Source: an uncultured Candidatus Rokubacteria bacterium
Lineage (GTDB): Bacteria > Methylomirabilota > Methylomirabilia > Rokubacteriales > CSP1-6
Direction: 5' to 3'
NCBI GenBank assembly: GCA_963762145.1
Contig: CAVXJS010000010.1
Coordinates: forward strand, 266,996-330,995
DNA: 64,000 nt
Shown here: positions 35,169 through 45,374 of the stretch, piece after piece
Position numbering within the stretch: the first letter of the stretch is position 1
How the letters are laid out: every line of letters begins with the position of its first letter
Program-made: the position numbers and the translations under genes
The notes under the pieces: generated by a model
What the model was told of the DNA's origin: nothing
What the model saw: the letters and a program-made list of their open reading frames with translations, nothing else
The model's database searches: none

Positions 35169-35612
35169 ATGAAGATCATCTTGATGGACGACGTGCCGAC
35201 CCTGGGCCGCCGCGGCGAGGTCCGCGATGTCTCCGACGGCTACGCCCGCAACTTCCTGCTGCCCCAGAAGCTCGCCCTGCACGCCACCCCGGCGAACCTC
35301 AAGAACATCGAGCAGATCAAGGCGCGCCAGAGCGCGCAGGCGGCCAAGCTCCACGCGGACGCGCAGAGCCAGGCCCAGGCCATCGAGGCCCTGCACTTCG
35401 CTCAGCGCCGGCAGGCGTCCGACGAGGGCCGGCTCTTCGGCTCGGTGGGCCGCGCCGACCTCGCGAGCTTCCTCTCGCAGCACGGCATCGAGATCGAGCG
35501 GCGCCGTATCGGGCTCGACGAGCCGATCAAGACGCTCGGCGAGTTCTCGGTGCCGGTGCGCCTGCATCACGACGTCACCGCCCAGCTGAAGGTGTCCGTG
35601 ACCCGGGAGTAG
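35169..35612 (+). CDS. rplI: 50S ribosomal protein bL9
   Basis: MKIILMDDVPTLG..GYARNFLLP, GRLFGSV, IKTLG. Confidence 0.96.
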   Translation: MKIILMDDVPTLGRRGEVRDVSDGYARNFLLPQKLALHATPANLKNIEQIKARQSAQAAKLHADAQSQAQAIEALHFAQRRQASDEGRLFGSVGRADLASFLSQHGIEIERRRIGLDEPIKTLGEFSVPVRLHHDVTAQLKVSVTRE

Positions 35613-36976
35613 TGGTGGCGACGCTCACCGACCTGCTCACCTCCAAGATCCCGCCCCACAGCCTGGAGGCGGAGCGGGCCGTGCTGGGGGCGATTCTGCT
35701 GGAGCGGGAGAGCCTGCCCAAGGCCATCGAGCTCCTCAAGCCCGCCGACTTCTACAAGGAAGGGCACCGCAAGATCTTCGACGCCACCCTCGCGCTCTTC
35801 GAGCGCAACGAGCCGGTGGACCTGCTCACGGTGTCGGAGGAGCTGAAGCGGCGCGCGAGCCTGGAAGAGGTGGGGGGCGCCGCCGCCCTCGCGAGCCTGG
35901 TCGAGGAAGCCGCGACCGCGGCCCACCTGCTCTCCTACGGAGCGATCGTGCGGGAGAAGGCCCTCCTGCGCGACCTCATCCGCATCGCCACCGAGATCAT
36001 CGGGCAGAGCTACGAGGCCCGCGACGACGTCGACAAGCTGCTCGACGACGCGGAGCGGCTGATCTTCCAGATCTCCGAGCGGCGGATGCAGGGCTCGGCC
36101 TTCCCGGTGCGGGCCATCCTGAAGGACACCTTCGAGCACATCGAGAAGCTGTACGACCGCAAGGAGCACATCACCGGGCTCGCCACCGGCTTCGACGATC
36201 TCGACCGCATGACCTCGGGCTTCCAGCCCAGCGACTTCATCATCATCGCGGGCCGGCCCTCCATGGGGAAGACCGCCTTCGCGCTGAACATCGCCAAGTT
36301 CGCGGGGGTCGAGGATCACAAGCGGGTGCTGGTGCTGAGCCTCGAGATGTCCAAGGAGCAGCTCGTGCAGCGGCTCCTGTGCGCGGAGGCCAAGGTGGAC
36401 TCCCACAAGGTGCGCACCGGCTACCTCGACCCGCGGGACTGGACGCGGCTCACCAACGCGGCGGGGCGGCTCGCGGAGGCGCCGATCTACATCGACGACT
36501 CGCCCGCGCTCACCGTGCTCGAGGCGCGCGCCAAGGCGCGGCGCATGAAGGCCGAGCACGGGCTCGACCTGATCGTCATCGACTATCTCCAGCTGATGCG
36601 CGGCCGCCATCAGCAGGAGAATCGCCAGCAGGAGATCTCGGAGATCTCGCGGTCCCTCAAGGCCCTGGCCAAGGAGCTGTACGTGCCGGTGGTGGCGCTG
36701 TCCCAGCTCTCCCGCGCGGTGGAGACCCGCGAGCGCAAGGAGCCCCAGCTCTCGGACCTGCGCGAGTCGGGCGCGCTCGAGCAGGACGCCGACGTGATCC
36801 TCTTCCTCTACCGGCCCGAGCGATACGGCCTGCAATCGGAAGACGGGGACCGCGTCGCCGACGTGATCATCGGCAAGCAGCGCAACGGGCCCACCGGCAA
36901 GGTCCAGGTCACCTTCATCCCCGAGTACGCCTCCTTCGAGCGCCTGGCCAAGCGCCCGGAGGCCCAGCCCTTCTAG
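35612..36976 (+). CDS. dnaB: Replicative DNA helicase
   Basis: PPHSLEAE, RPSMGKT, IDYLQLM, LSQLSR, SDLRESGALEQDAD. Confidence 0.98.
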   Translation: MVATLTDLLTSKIPPHSLEAERAVLGAILLERESLPKAIELLKPADFYKEGHRKIFDATLALFERNEPVDLLTVSEELKRRASLEEVGGAAALASLVEEAATAAHLLSYGAIVREKALLRDLIRIATEIIGQSYEARDDVDKLLDDAERLIFQISERRMQGSAFPVRAILKDTFEHIEKLYDRKEHITGLATGFDDLDRMTSGFQPSDFIIIAGRPSMGKTAFALNIAKFAGVEDHKRVLVLSLEMSKEQLVQRLLCAEAKVDSHKVRTGYLDPRDWTRLTNAAGRLAEAPIYIDDSPALTVLEARAKARRMKAEHGLDLIVIDYLQLMRGRHQQENRQQEISEISRSLKALAKELYVPVVALSQLSRAVETRERKEPQLSDLRESGALEQDADVILFLYRPERYGLQSEDGDRVADVIIGKQRNGPTGKVQVTFIPEYASFERLAKRPEAQPF

Positions 36977-36984
36977 CCGGGCAG

Positions 36985-38337
36985 GTGACCAGGGTCGTCA
37001 TCGTCGGGGCGGGCAAGGGCGGGCGCGCCCTGCTCGAGATGTTCAGCGGGGACCCCACCGTCACCATCATCGGGGTCGCCGACGTCAACTCCTGGGCCCC
37101 GGGGCTCGAGCTGGCCCGGCGCCTCAACATCGCGGTGAGCACCGACCTGCGGGAGGTCGTCGCGGATCCGCGGGTCGACCTCATCATCGACGTCACCGGC
37201 AATGCCCAGGTACAGGAAGCCATCCAGCGGGTCAAGCCGCCCGGTGCCGAGGTGATGGGGGGCGCCAGCGCCAAGTTCATGTGGGATCTCCTGGCCGAGC
37301 GGCAGCGCAGCGAGGAGCTGGAGGACCGGTACTCGCTCATGCTCCGCGAGCTGCAGGCCAAGGACGAGGGCGAGCTCATCATCGGGCAGAACCCGAAGAT
37401 GCGGGAGCTGGCCGAGCAGGTCATCCGGGTGGCCCAGACCCCGACCACGGTGCTGATCCGCGGGGAGTCCGGCACCGGCAAGGAGCTGGTGGCCCGGGCG
37501 ATCCACCGCTACTCGAACCTCCGCGACAAGCCGCTCGTCACCGTCAACTGCACCGCGCTGACGCCGACCCTGATGGAGTCGGAGCTCTTCGGACACAAGC
37601 GCGGATCGTTCACCGGCGCGGTGGCCGACAAGGTGGGCCTCTTCGAGAAGGCGGACGGCGCGACCATCTTCCTCGACGAGGTCGGGGACATGCCGCTCGA
37701 GATGCAGGGCAAGCTCCTCCGGGTGCTCCAGGCGGGGGAGGTGAAGCCGGTCGGCGACGTGGTCACCCGGAAGGTGCGGGTGCGGGTGATCGCGGCCACG
37801 AACCGGGACCTCGAGAAGGCCCTGGCCGGCGCCGAGTTCCGCGAGGACCTGTTCTACCGGTTCAATGCGTTCACGGTCGTCCTCCCTCCGCTCCGCGAGC
37901 GCAGCGAGGACATCCCGGTGCTTGCCTACCACTTCCTCCGCAAGGCGGAGGCCAAGGTGAACAAGAAGGTGGATCGCTTCTCCCAGGACGCGCTGGACAT
38001 GCTCAAGAGCTACGGCTGGCCCGGCAACCTGCGCGAGCTGGAGAACATCATCGAGCGAGCCGTGGTGCTCTCCTCGAGCCAGCAGATCGACGTCGCGCAC
38101 CTGCCGCTCTATCTCCGCGAGTCGGGGCCGATCCGGGTGACGACGCAGGAGGGCTTCGTCCAGGCCAAGGAGCGGGTGGTGTCCATGTTCGAGAAAGAGG
38201 CCATCGATCGGTTCCTGTCCGAAGCCCGGGGTAACATCTCGGTCGCCGCCCAGAAGGCCGGCATCACCCGCCGGAACTTCCATCGGCTTCTGTCCAAGTA
38301 CTCGATAAATACGAAGAGGTTCAAGGGTGAGTCGTAG
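36985..38337 (+). CDS. sigma54-dependent activator with N-terminal Rossmann-like domain and Fis-type HTH
   Basis: VVIVGAGKGG; GESGTGKE, ESELFGH..GSFTGA, FLDEVGD, WPGNLREL. Confidence 0.92.
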   Translation: MTRVVIVGAGKGGRALLEMFSGDPTVTIIGVADVNSWAPGLELARRLNIAVSTDLREVVADPRVDLIIDVTGNAQVQEAIQRVKPPGAEVMGGASAKFMWDLLAERQRSEELEDRYSLMLRELQAKDEGELIIGQNPKMRELAEQVIRVAQTPTTVLIRGESGTGKELVARAIHRYSNLRDKPLVTVNCTALTPTLMESELFGHKRGSFTGAVADKVGLFEKADGATIFLDEVGDMPLEMQGKLLRVLQAGEVKPVGDVVTRKVRVRVIAATNRDLEKALAGAEFREDLFYRFNAFTVVLPPLRERSEDIPVLAYHFLRKAEAKVNKKVDRFSQDALDMLKSYGWPGNLRELENIIERAVVLSSSQQIDVAHLPLYLRESGPIRVTTQEGFVQAKERVVSMFEKEAIDRFLSEARGNISVAAQKAGITRRNFHRLLSKYSINTKRFKGES

Positions 38338-38536
38338 TCAGCCCATATATGAGTCGCTAGAGACTCATGGGTTGCCTTCCGGTTAGCGCCAGTAATTCAG
38401 CTAGTTCTGACCAGCCACGCAGGAATATGTCCCCCCGAGGTGAGTCGTAGGTGTCTCTATTTCTGTGTCGTCGATTTGCACAGAGGTAGACCAATCAACT
38501 ACTTCCGCTCGCTCTGAGTCCTGGAACGCTTCTTGA
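38328..38536 (+). promoter_or_regulatory. Putative sigma54 promoter with enhancer repeats and IHF-like site
   Basis: ATGAGTC-N6-GACTCAT at 38349-38368, TGAGTCGTAG copies at 38328 and 38441, AATCAACTACTTC at 38493, TGGAACGCTTCTTGA at 38522. Confidence 0.65.
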
Positions 38537-38573
38537 CTCTATCCGAGAGCATCTCGCACTCGAGGAGGGGCAA

Positions 38574-38747
38574 ATGGGGGCTCAGTGCCGCTGTGGAACC
38601 GACATCCAGTTCTCGTTCAATCACCTAGGCTGCATCGCCTGCGGGGCCGCCTGCTGTCCCGCGTGCTCGTACGAGCTCGAGTCCGCCAGCTACTGCTCGG
38701 CCTGCGCCGAGACTCTGCTGGAGCTGCCCTGGGCCGCGAAGGCCTGA
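38574..38747 (+). CDS. 57-aa Cys-rich zinc-finger-like microprotein (absent from the ORF track)
   Basis: GAGGAGGGG RBS; MGAQCRCGTDIQFSFNHLGCIACGAACCPACSYELESASYCSACAETLLELPWAAKA. Confidence 0.7.
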   Translation: MGAQCRCGTDIQFSFNHLGCIACGAACCPACSYELESASYCSACAETLLELPWAAKA

Positions 38748-38820
38748 TCGTTCCTTTACCTATCGCCGCCGGCGCGCGCTCGCCAGGGCGCCGGCGCTGT
38801 CGCTCCGAGGGAGGGTCACG

Positions 38821-39792
38821 ATGGAGTCCAAGGGGAAAACGTTCCGCCGCCTGCTGCAGGATGAGCCCTATCTCTTCACCGGCGGCATCTATTCACCGCT
38901 CGACGCCCAGATCGCCGAGCAGGCCGGCATGAAGTCCATCTACCTGAGCGGCTACTCGCTGGCCATGCTCAACGGCTGGCCCGACATGGGCTTCCTCACC
39001 ATGACCGAGGTGACGAAGGCGGCGTCGATGGTGGCGAGCGCGGTGGAGGTGCCCATCATCGCGGACGCCGACGACGGCTACGGCAACGCGCTCTCGACCA
39101 TGCGCACGGTGCAGGAGTTCGTGAAGACCGGAGTGGCGGGCATCCACCTCGAGGACCAGCGCTTCCCGAAGCGCTGCGGCCACATCGCGGGGAAGACGAT
39201 CGTGTCGCGCGAGGAGGCGCTCGGCAAGTACCGGTCCGCCCTCGCGGAGCGCGACCGGCTCGACCGGGACTTCGTGATCATCGCGCGCACCGACGCCTTC
39301 GGGGCGGTGGGCGGGAGCATGGACGAGGCGATCTGGCGCGGCCGGGCCTACGCCGACGCGGGCGTGGATCTCGTCTGGGCCGAGCTGTCGAGCTCGGACC
39401 GGGGGCCCGCGATCGAGTTCGCGCGGGCCATGAAGGAGACGCACCCGAACCTGCCCCTGGCCTTCAACTACTCGTCCTCGTTCCGCTGGCACAAGGACGA
39501 CAACCCGCTCACCTTCCGGGAGCTCGGCGAGCTCGGCTACCGCTTCATCTTCATCACACTCTTCGGAGCCCACGCCGCGATGCACTCGGTGTGGAACTTC
39601 ATGCAGGAGCTGGTCAAGAACGAGGAGCAGGCCCAGTGGACGCTCGAGCGCCTGAAGGTGGGCCATCCGACCGAGAGCCACCACGTGATGGCCCGCGTCT
39701 CGCACTTCCAGGAGCTGGAGCGCCGGTTCATCCCGGGCACCGCGGAGCGCCTGCAGGGATCCGACGGTTTCGGGGAGGCCAAGGGGCACTGA
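38821..39792 (+). CDS. Isocitrate lyase/PEP mutase family enzyme, short ICL-like
   Basis: IYLSGY, DADDGYG, HLEDQ..KRCGH, ARTDA, ICL-like LAFNYSSSFRW and GYRFIFITL. Confidence 0.88.
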   Translation: MESKGKTFRRLLQDEPYLFTGGIYSPLDAQIAEQAGMKSIYLSGYSLAMLNGWPDMGFLTMTEVTKAASMVASAVEVPIIADADDGYGNALSTMRTVQEFVKTGVAGIHLEDQRFPKRCGHIAGKTIVSREEALGKYRSALAERDRLDRDFVIIARTDAFGAVGGSMDEAIWRGRAYADAGVDLVWAELSSSDRGPAIEFARAMKETHPNLPLAFNYSSSFRWHKDDNPLTFRELGELGYRFIFITLFGAHAAMHSVWNFMQELVKNEEQAQWTLERLKVGHPTESHHVMARVSHFQELERRFIPGTAERLQGSDGFGEAKGH

Positions 39793-39842
39793 GCCGTGGC
39801 CGCGGGCACCGGACGCGGCGTGCGTCCGGTCCCCGCGGCGAT

Positions 39843-40460
39843 TCAGGCCTCGTCGCGACGGCGCATCGCCTGCACGATGCGCACCGCCACCAGGACCAGA
39901 ATGCCGACCAGCACGACGACCAGCACGACCCGCTCGACCTCCCCCACCACGTAGCGCAGGCGCTCCACGTAGCTCCCGAAGCCGTAGCCCACCGCGTAAC
40001 CCGCGCCGACCACCACCGGCACGTAGACGACGGCGCCCGCCACGTTGGCGATGAAGAAGGACGAGAACCGCATCCCGAGGGCCCCCGCGAGGGGCCCCGC
40101 GGTGAAGCGGACGCCGGGGACGAACCGGGCGACGAATACCGCGAGCGGCCCGCGGCGGCCCACGAAGGCCTTCATGGTCTCGAGGCGCTCGGGGTGGCCG
40201 AGCACCCAGCGCGCGTAGCGAGGCATCGCGGTCTGCCCGTAGCGGCGCCCGAGCCAGTAGCCGACGTTGTCGCCCACCACCGCGCTGACGATGCCGACCG
40301 CGAGCACCAGGGAGAGGCGGAGCTTGCCGCGCCAGACCAGGTAGCCGGCCAGCGCCAGGATCGTCTCCTCCGGCACCGGGAGGCCCACGTTGCCGAGCAC
40401 CACCACCACGAAGATGGCGAGGTAGCCCCAGTGCCCGACGAACCCCTGGAGGTCGCTCAC
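39843..40460 (-). CDS. DedA family membrane protein
   Basis: GLPVPEET, GDNVGYWLGR, ARFVPGVR. Confidence 0.92.
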   Translation of the reverse strand: MSDLQGFVGHWGYLAIFVVVVLGNVGLPVPEETILALAGYLVWRGKLRLSLVLAVGIVSAVVGDNVGYWLGRRYGQTAMPRYARWVLGHPERLETMKAFVGRRGPLAVFVARFVPGVRFTAGPLAGALGMRFSSFFIANVAGAVVYVPVVVGAGYAVGYGFGSYVERLRYVVGEVERVVLVVVLVGILVLVAVRIVQAMRRRDEA

Positions 40461-40482
40461 GAATCCTCGCGGGCGGAGGAGA

Positions 40483-40966
40483 TCACTCGCCGGCGGGCCG
40501 GCGGGTGACGACGCTCACGCGGCCGTCCTCCTCCAGGAAGGCGTAGCGGATGTCCCGCAGCGAGATGACGCCGTGATGGCGCAGGGCCGCACGCAGATCC
40601 CGGGGGCCGAGCCGCTCCCGCCGCAGGTTGTCGCGGATGATGCGGCCGTGGCGGACGAGCACGGTGGGGGAGTGCTCAACCACGCGGTCCAAGCGCTTGA
40701 AGCGGAAGGTCACGTAGGCCACCGCTGAGTTGAGAGCCAGGATGGTGACCGCGCCGATGATCCCGCCCCCGAGCGAGTTGTCGTTGCCGATCATCGCGTT
40801 CTGCAGCACGTTGCTGATCAGGAGCAGGACGACGAGGTCGAAGGCGGTGAGCTGGCCGAGCTGCCGCTTGCCGCAGAGGCGGAAGGCCAGCAGCAGGAAT
40901 GCGTACACCGCCCCCGCGCGCAGCACCTTCTCCGCGACGCTGATGTCGGGTACCAGGATGTCCATG
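40483..40966 (-). CDS. DUF421/YetF membrane protein
   Basis: GKRQLGQLTAFDLVVLLLISN, LEEDGRVSV. Confidence 0.88.
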
Positions 40967-41015
40967 AGGCTCCGGCCCTCAGCATCGCACCCGTCCCGAC
41001 GGATCGGGGCCGAAA

Positions 41016-41050
41016 TTGACACGCGGGCATCGCGGCCGTAGGCTCGCGGC
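41016..41050 (+). promoter_or_regulatory. sigma70 promoter, probably producing a leaderless transcript
   Basis: TTGACA-N17-TAGGCT-N6-ATG. Confidence 0.65.
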
Positions 41051-41335
41051 ATGTGGCGGCGGACGCTCGTGGTGCTGGGACTGGCGCTGCTGCACCTCCT
41101 CCTCGCCGCGACGGTGACCCTGGAGACCGCCGACGTCGCGTGGGCCCCGAGCTACATCGACGGCGACGACCGCGACGCGACGCGATTCTCCGAGCGGCTG
41201 TGCGCGCTGGCCGGCGCGCCCGCCGGCCTGATCCCGCTCCTGGCCGCGCTCGCGATGGTCGTGGCGCGCCCGCCCGCGGCCGCGCGCCGGGTCGCGCCCG
41301 CCCGCCTCCGCGTCCGCGCTCCACCTCGCGCCTAG
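41051..41335 (+). CDS. Putative leader/arrest peptide: RR-hydrophobic N-terminus, acidic motif, C-terminal RAPP
   Basis: MWRRTLVVLGLALL...WAPSYIDGDDRD...RLRVRAPPRA*. Confidence 0.65.
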   Translation: MWRRTLVVLGLALLHLLLAATVTLETADVAWAPSYIDGDDRDATRFSERLCALAGAPAGLIPLLAALAMVVARPPAAARRVAPARLRVRAPPRA

Positions 41336-41411
41336 TCCTCTCTCCGCGCGGTTCTCGGGCGGGACTCCCGCCCGCGTCGTGATCCAAATTCCACCGTCGA
41401 GGAGGACGCGC

Positions 41412-41606
41412 ATGTTCGGTCTCGGTGCTCAGGAGCTGATCTTGATCCTGCTGATCGCGCTGGTGCTGTTCGGTGGCTCGAAGATTCCGGAGGTCGGCCG
41501 CTCTCTCGGGCAGGCGATCCGCGAGTTCAAGCGGGGTGTGGAGACCGCGGACGCGCCCGCCGGGCCCCCGAACCGCCCCGGGCCGGACGGACCGAAGTCG
41601 ACGTGA
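41412..41606 (+). CDS. tatA: Twin-arginine translocase TatA/E subunit
   Basis: MFGLGAQELILILLIALVLFGGSKIPEVGRSLGQAIREFK; GAGGAGG RBS. Confidence 0.95.
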   Translation: MFGLGAQELILILLIALVLFGGSKIPEVGRSLGQAIREFKRGVETADAPAGPPNRPGPDGPKST

Positions 41607-41676
41607 CGCGGGCGGGCGCGGGGGACGCGAATGCTTGACACCCGGGCGCCCCCACCTCTAGCGTAGGTGCTTCAGG

Positions 41677-43495
41677 ATGAAGATCAGCGCCGTAAAGAAG
41701 CTGTTCGTGGGATCACCGCTCGCTACGGCGCAGGCCCGGCACGAGCGGCTCTCGAAGACGTCCGCGCTCGCGGTCTTCTCGTCCGACGCGCTCTCCTCGG
41801 TGGCGTACGCCACCGAGGAGATCCTGCTGGTCCTGGTGGTCGCGGGCACCGCCGCGCTCGTCTACTCGATTCCGATCGGGCTCGCGATCGCGGTGCTGAT
41901 CGCGGTCGTGGTCAGCTCGTACCGGCAGACCATCCTGGCCTATCCCCAGGGCGGCGGCTCCTACATCGTCACCAAGGACAACCTGGGCCAGGTGCCCGGG
42001 CTCGTCTCCGGGGCCGCGCTGCTCATCGACTACGTGCTGACGGTCGCGGTGAGCGTGGCCGCGGGCGTGGCCGCCATCACCTCCGCGTTCCCCGTCCTCT
42101 ACGACTATCGCGTCCCGCTCGGCGTGCTCTTCGTCGCCGGGATCGCGACCATGAACCTTCGGGGCCTGCGGGAGTCGAGCAATCTCTTCGCGGTCCCGAC
42201 CTACCTCTTCGTGATGAGCTTCGGGGGCATGCTCGCCTACGGCTTCATCCGGTGGGTGGCGGGATGGGAGACTCCGCCGCCTCCGACCGCCGATCTCGCG
42301 GTGACCCAGGACCTGTCCCTCTTCCTGGTGCTGCGCGCGTTCTCCTCCGGCTGCGCCGCGCTCACCGGCGTCGAGGCGGTGTCCGACGGCGTGCCCGCCT
42401 TCCGGCCGCCGGAGGCGCGCAACGCCCGCGTCGTGCTCGCCTGGCTCGGGTTCGATCCTGATCACGCTGTTCGTCGGCATCACGTTCCTGGCCCGTCACC
42501 TGCACATCGTGCCGCGGGAGGACGAGACGGTGGTCTCGCAGCTCGCCCGCCTCATCTTCGGAGACGGGCTCCTGTACTACGAGATCCAGGTCGTCACCAT
42601 GTTCATCCTGGTCTTCGCGGCCAACACCGCCTTCGCCGACTTCCCGCGGCTGGCCTACTTCCTGGCCCGCGACGGCTTCATCCCCCGCCAGTTCGCCACC
42701 CGCGGCGATCGGCTCGTCTTCTCCAACGGGATCCTGATCCTGGGCGGCCTCGCCGCCCTCCTCATCGTGCTGTTCGGCGGGGCCACCCACGCCCTCATCC
42801 CGCTCTACGCGGTGGGGGTGTTCCTCTCCTTCACGCTCTCGCAGGCGAGCATGGTGCGGCGCTGGCTCACTCGCCGCGAGCCGGGCTGGCGGTGGCGGTG
42901 GGGCCTCAACGCGGTGGGAGCGGCCACCACCGGCCTCGTGATGCTGGTCATCGCGATCACCAAGTTCAGTCACGGGGCCTGGATGGTCGTGCTGCTGATC
43001 CCGCTGCTGGTGGCGGTCTTCATGATGATCCATCGCCACTACGCCGACGTGGCGGGCCAGCTCTCGCTCGACGAGTACGGAGGGCCGCCCCCGATCGACC
43101 ACACCGTGCTCGTGCTGGTGGGCGACCTGCACCGCGGGGTGGCCTCCGCGCTGCGCTACGCGCAGAGCCTCTCGGCGTCGGTGAAGGCGGTCTACGTCGA
43201 GATGGATCCGGAGCGGACGCAGAAGCTCGAGGAGAAGTGGGGCAAGTGGGGGCTCGGGGTTCCCCTCGTGGTGCTGACGTCGCCCTACCGGTCGCTGCTC
43301 ACCCCGTTCCTCGACTACGTCAACCACCTCCTCGCGCTGAGCGAGCGCCAGGTGGTCACGATCGTGATCCCGGAGTTCGTTCCGGCCCGGTGGTGGCAGC
43401 ATCTCCTCCACAACCAGACCGCCCTGCTCATCAAGGGCGCGCTGCTGTTCCGCAAGGGCGTCGTGGTCGTGGACGTCCCCTTCCACCTCCGATGA
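41677..43495 (+). CDS. KimA/YdaO-like APC-family K+ transporter, copy 1 (one frameshift near 42455)
   Basis: SSDALSSVAYATEE, YPQGGGSY, ANTAFADFPRL, GDRLVFSNG, LLHNQTA. Confidence 0.88.
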
Positions 43496-45316
43496 ATCTC
43501 TCCAAGCTCAAACGATGGTTCGTGGGCACGCCGATCGCGACGGCCCAGGCGCACCACGAGCGGCTCGGCCCGGTCACCGGTCTCGCCGTCTTCGCTTCCG
43601 ACAACCTCTCCTCGGTGGCGTACGCCACCGAGGAGATTCTGCGTGTGCTCCTCCTCGCCGGGGTGGGGGCGCTCGCGTTCTCGGTGCCCATCGGCTTCTG
43701 CATCGCCGCGGTGATCGGGATCGTGATCATGTCGTACCGTCAGAACATCGCGGCGTACCCGCAGGGCGCCAGCGACTACATCGTGGCCAAGGACAACCTG
43801 GGGGTCTTCCCGGGCCTGACCGCGGGCGCCGCCCTCCTCATCGACTACACCCTGACGGTGGCGGTGAGCGTCTCCGCCGGAGTCGCCGCGCTCACCTCCG
43901 CCTTCCCGGTGCTCTACCCGTACCGGGTCGTGCTCGGCGTGGGCCTGGTGGTGCTCGTCGCGGTGGCGAACCTGCGGGGCATTCGCGAGTCCGGCCGGGT
44001 GTTCGCGGTGTGGAGCTACCTGTTCATCGCCGGGTATGCGCTGCTGATGGTCTACGGCTTCGCGGCGCTCGCGATCTGGGGCCGCCCCCCGGTGGAGTCG
44101 GTCGCGCCCCCTCCACCGCCTCTCGCCGAGCTCGGCGTGTTCCTGCTCCTGCGTGCCTTCGCCTCCGGCGCGGTCGCCCTCACCGGGATCGAGGCGGTCT
44201 CGGACGGCACCCCGGCGTTCCGGCCGCCGGAGGTGCGCAACGCGCAGACCGTGCTCGCGGTCCTCGGCGTGATCATGATCACGCTGTTCCTCGGCATCAC
44301 GGTGCTGGCGGCCAGCTACGAGATCGTGCCGCACGACCAGGAGACCGTGGTCTCCCAGCTCGCCCGCGAGGTCTTCGGGGGCGGCCTGCTCTACTACTTC
44401 ATCCAGGGCGTCTCGATGGTCATCCTGGCCCTCGCGGCCAACACCGCGTTCGCCGACTTCCCCCGGCTGGCGTCGTTCATGGCGCGCGACGGGTTCCTGC
44501 CCCGGCAGTTCGCGAGCCGGGGCGACCGGCTGGTGTTCTCGAACGGGGTCATCATCCTGGCGGTGGCCGCGTCGGCGCTGATCGCGCTCTTCGACGGGAG
44601 CACGCACTCCCTGATCCCGCTCTACGCCCTCGGGGTCTTCACGTCGTTCACGCTGTCGCAGGTGGGCATGGTGCGCCGCTGGCTCACGCAGCCGCCCCGC
44701 GGGATGGCGGCCGAAGGCGCTGATCAGCGGGCTGGGCGCGGCGACCACCGGGCTCGTGATGGTGGTCACCGCGCTCGCCAAGTTCTCGGACGGGGCGTGG
44801 ATCGTGGTGGTGATCGCGGGCGCCCTCATCGCGGGCTTCGTGAGCATCAACCGCCACTATCGCGAGGTGGCGGGCCAGCTCTCGCTCGACGGCTACGCGG
44901 GGCCGCCGCCCATGCAGCACACCGTGCTCGTCCTGGTCGGCGATCTCCACAAGGGGGTCGTGCAGGCGCTGCAGTACGCGCGCACCCTCTCGCCGTCGGC
45001 CAAGGCGGTCTACGTGGAGATGGATCCGGAGAAGACGCGCCGGCTCGAGGAGAAGTGGGGCAAGTGGGGCTTCGGCGTGCCGCTGGTGGTGCTGACGTCA
45101 CCCTACCGGCTGCTGCTGTCGCCGCTGCTCGACTACGTGGACCATCTCCTCGCGCTCGGCGAGAACCACATGGTGACCATCGTCATCCCCGAGTTCATTC
45201 CGGCCAAGTGGTGGCAGCAGCTCCTCCACAACCAGACCGCGCTGGTGATCAAGGGCGCGCTGCTCTTCCGGCGAAATGTGGTGGTCACGGACGTCCCGTA
45301 CCACCTGCGGAGGTAG
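43492..45316 (+). CDS. KimA/YdaO-like APC-family K+ transporter, copy 2 (frameshift near 44700)
   Basis: ASDNLSSVAYATEE and the same motifs as copy 1; ATGA overlap with copy 1. Confidence 0.88.
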
Positions 45317-45374
45317 TGAACGGTAATGAACCGGGGCTTGCCGAGGGACTCCAGATGAGTATTCTTGGGCAGAG

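Noticed and set aside
41607-41676. c-di-AMP (ydaO) riboswitch before kimA
   Set aside because: The 70-nt gap is too short and lacks the consensus
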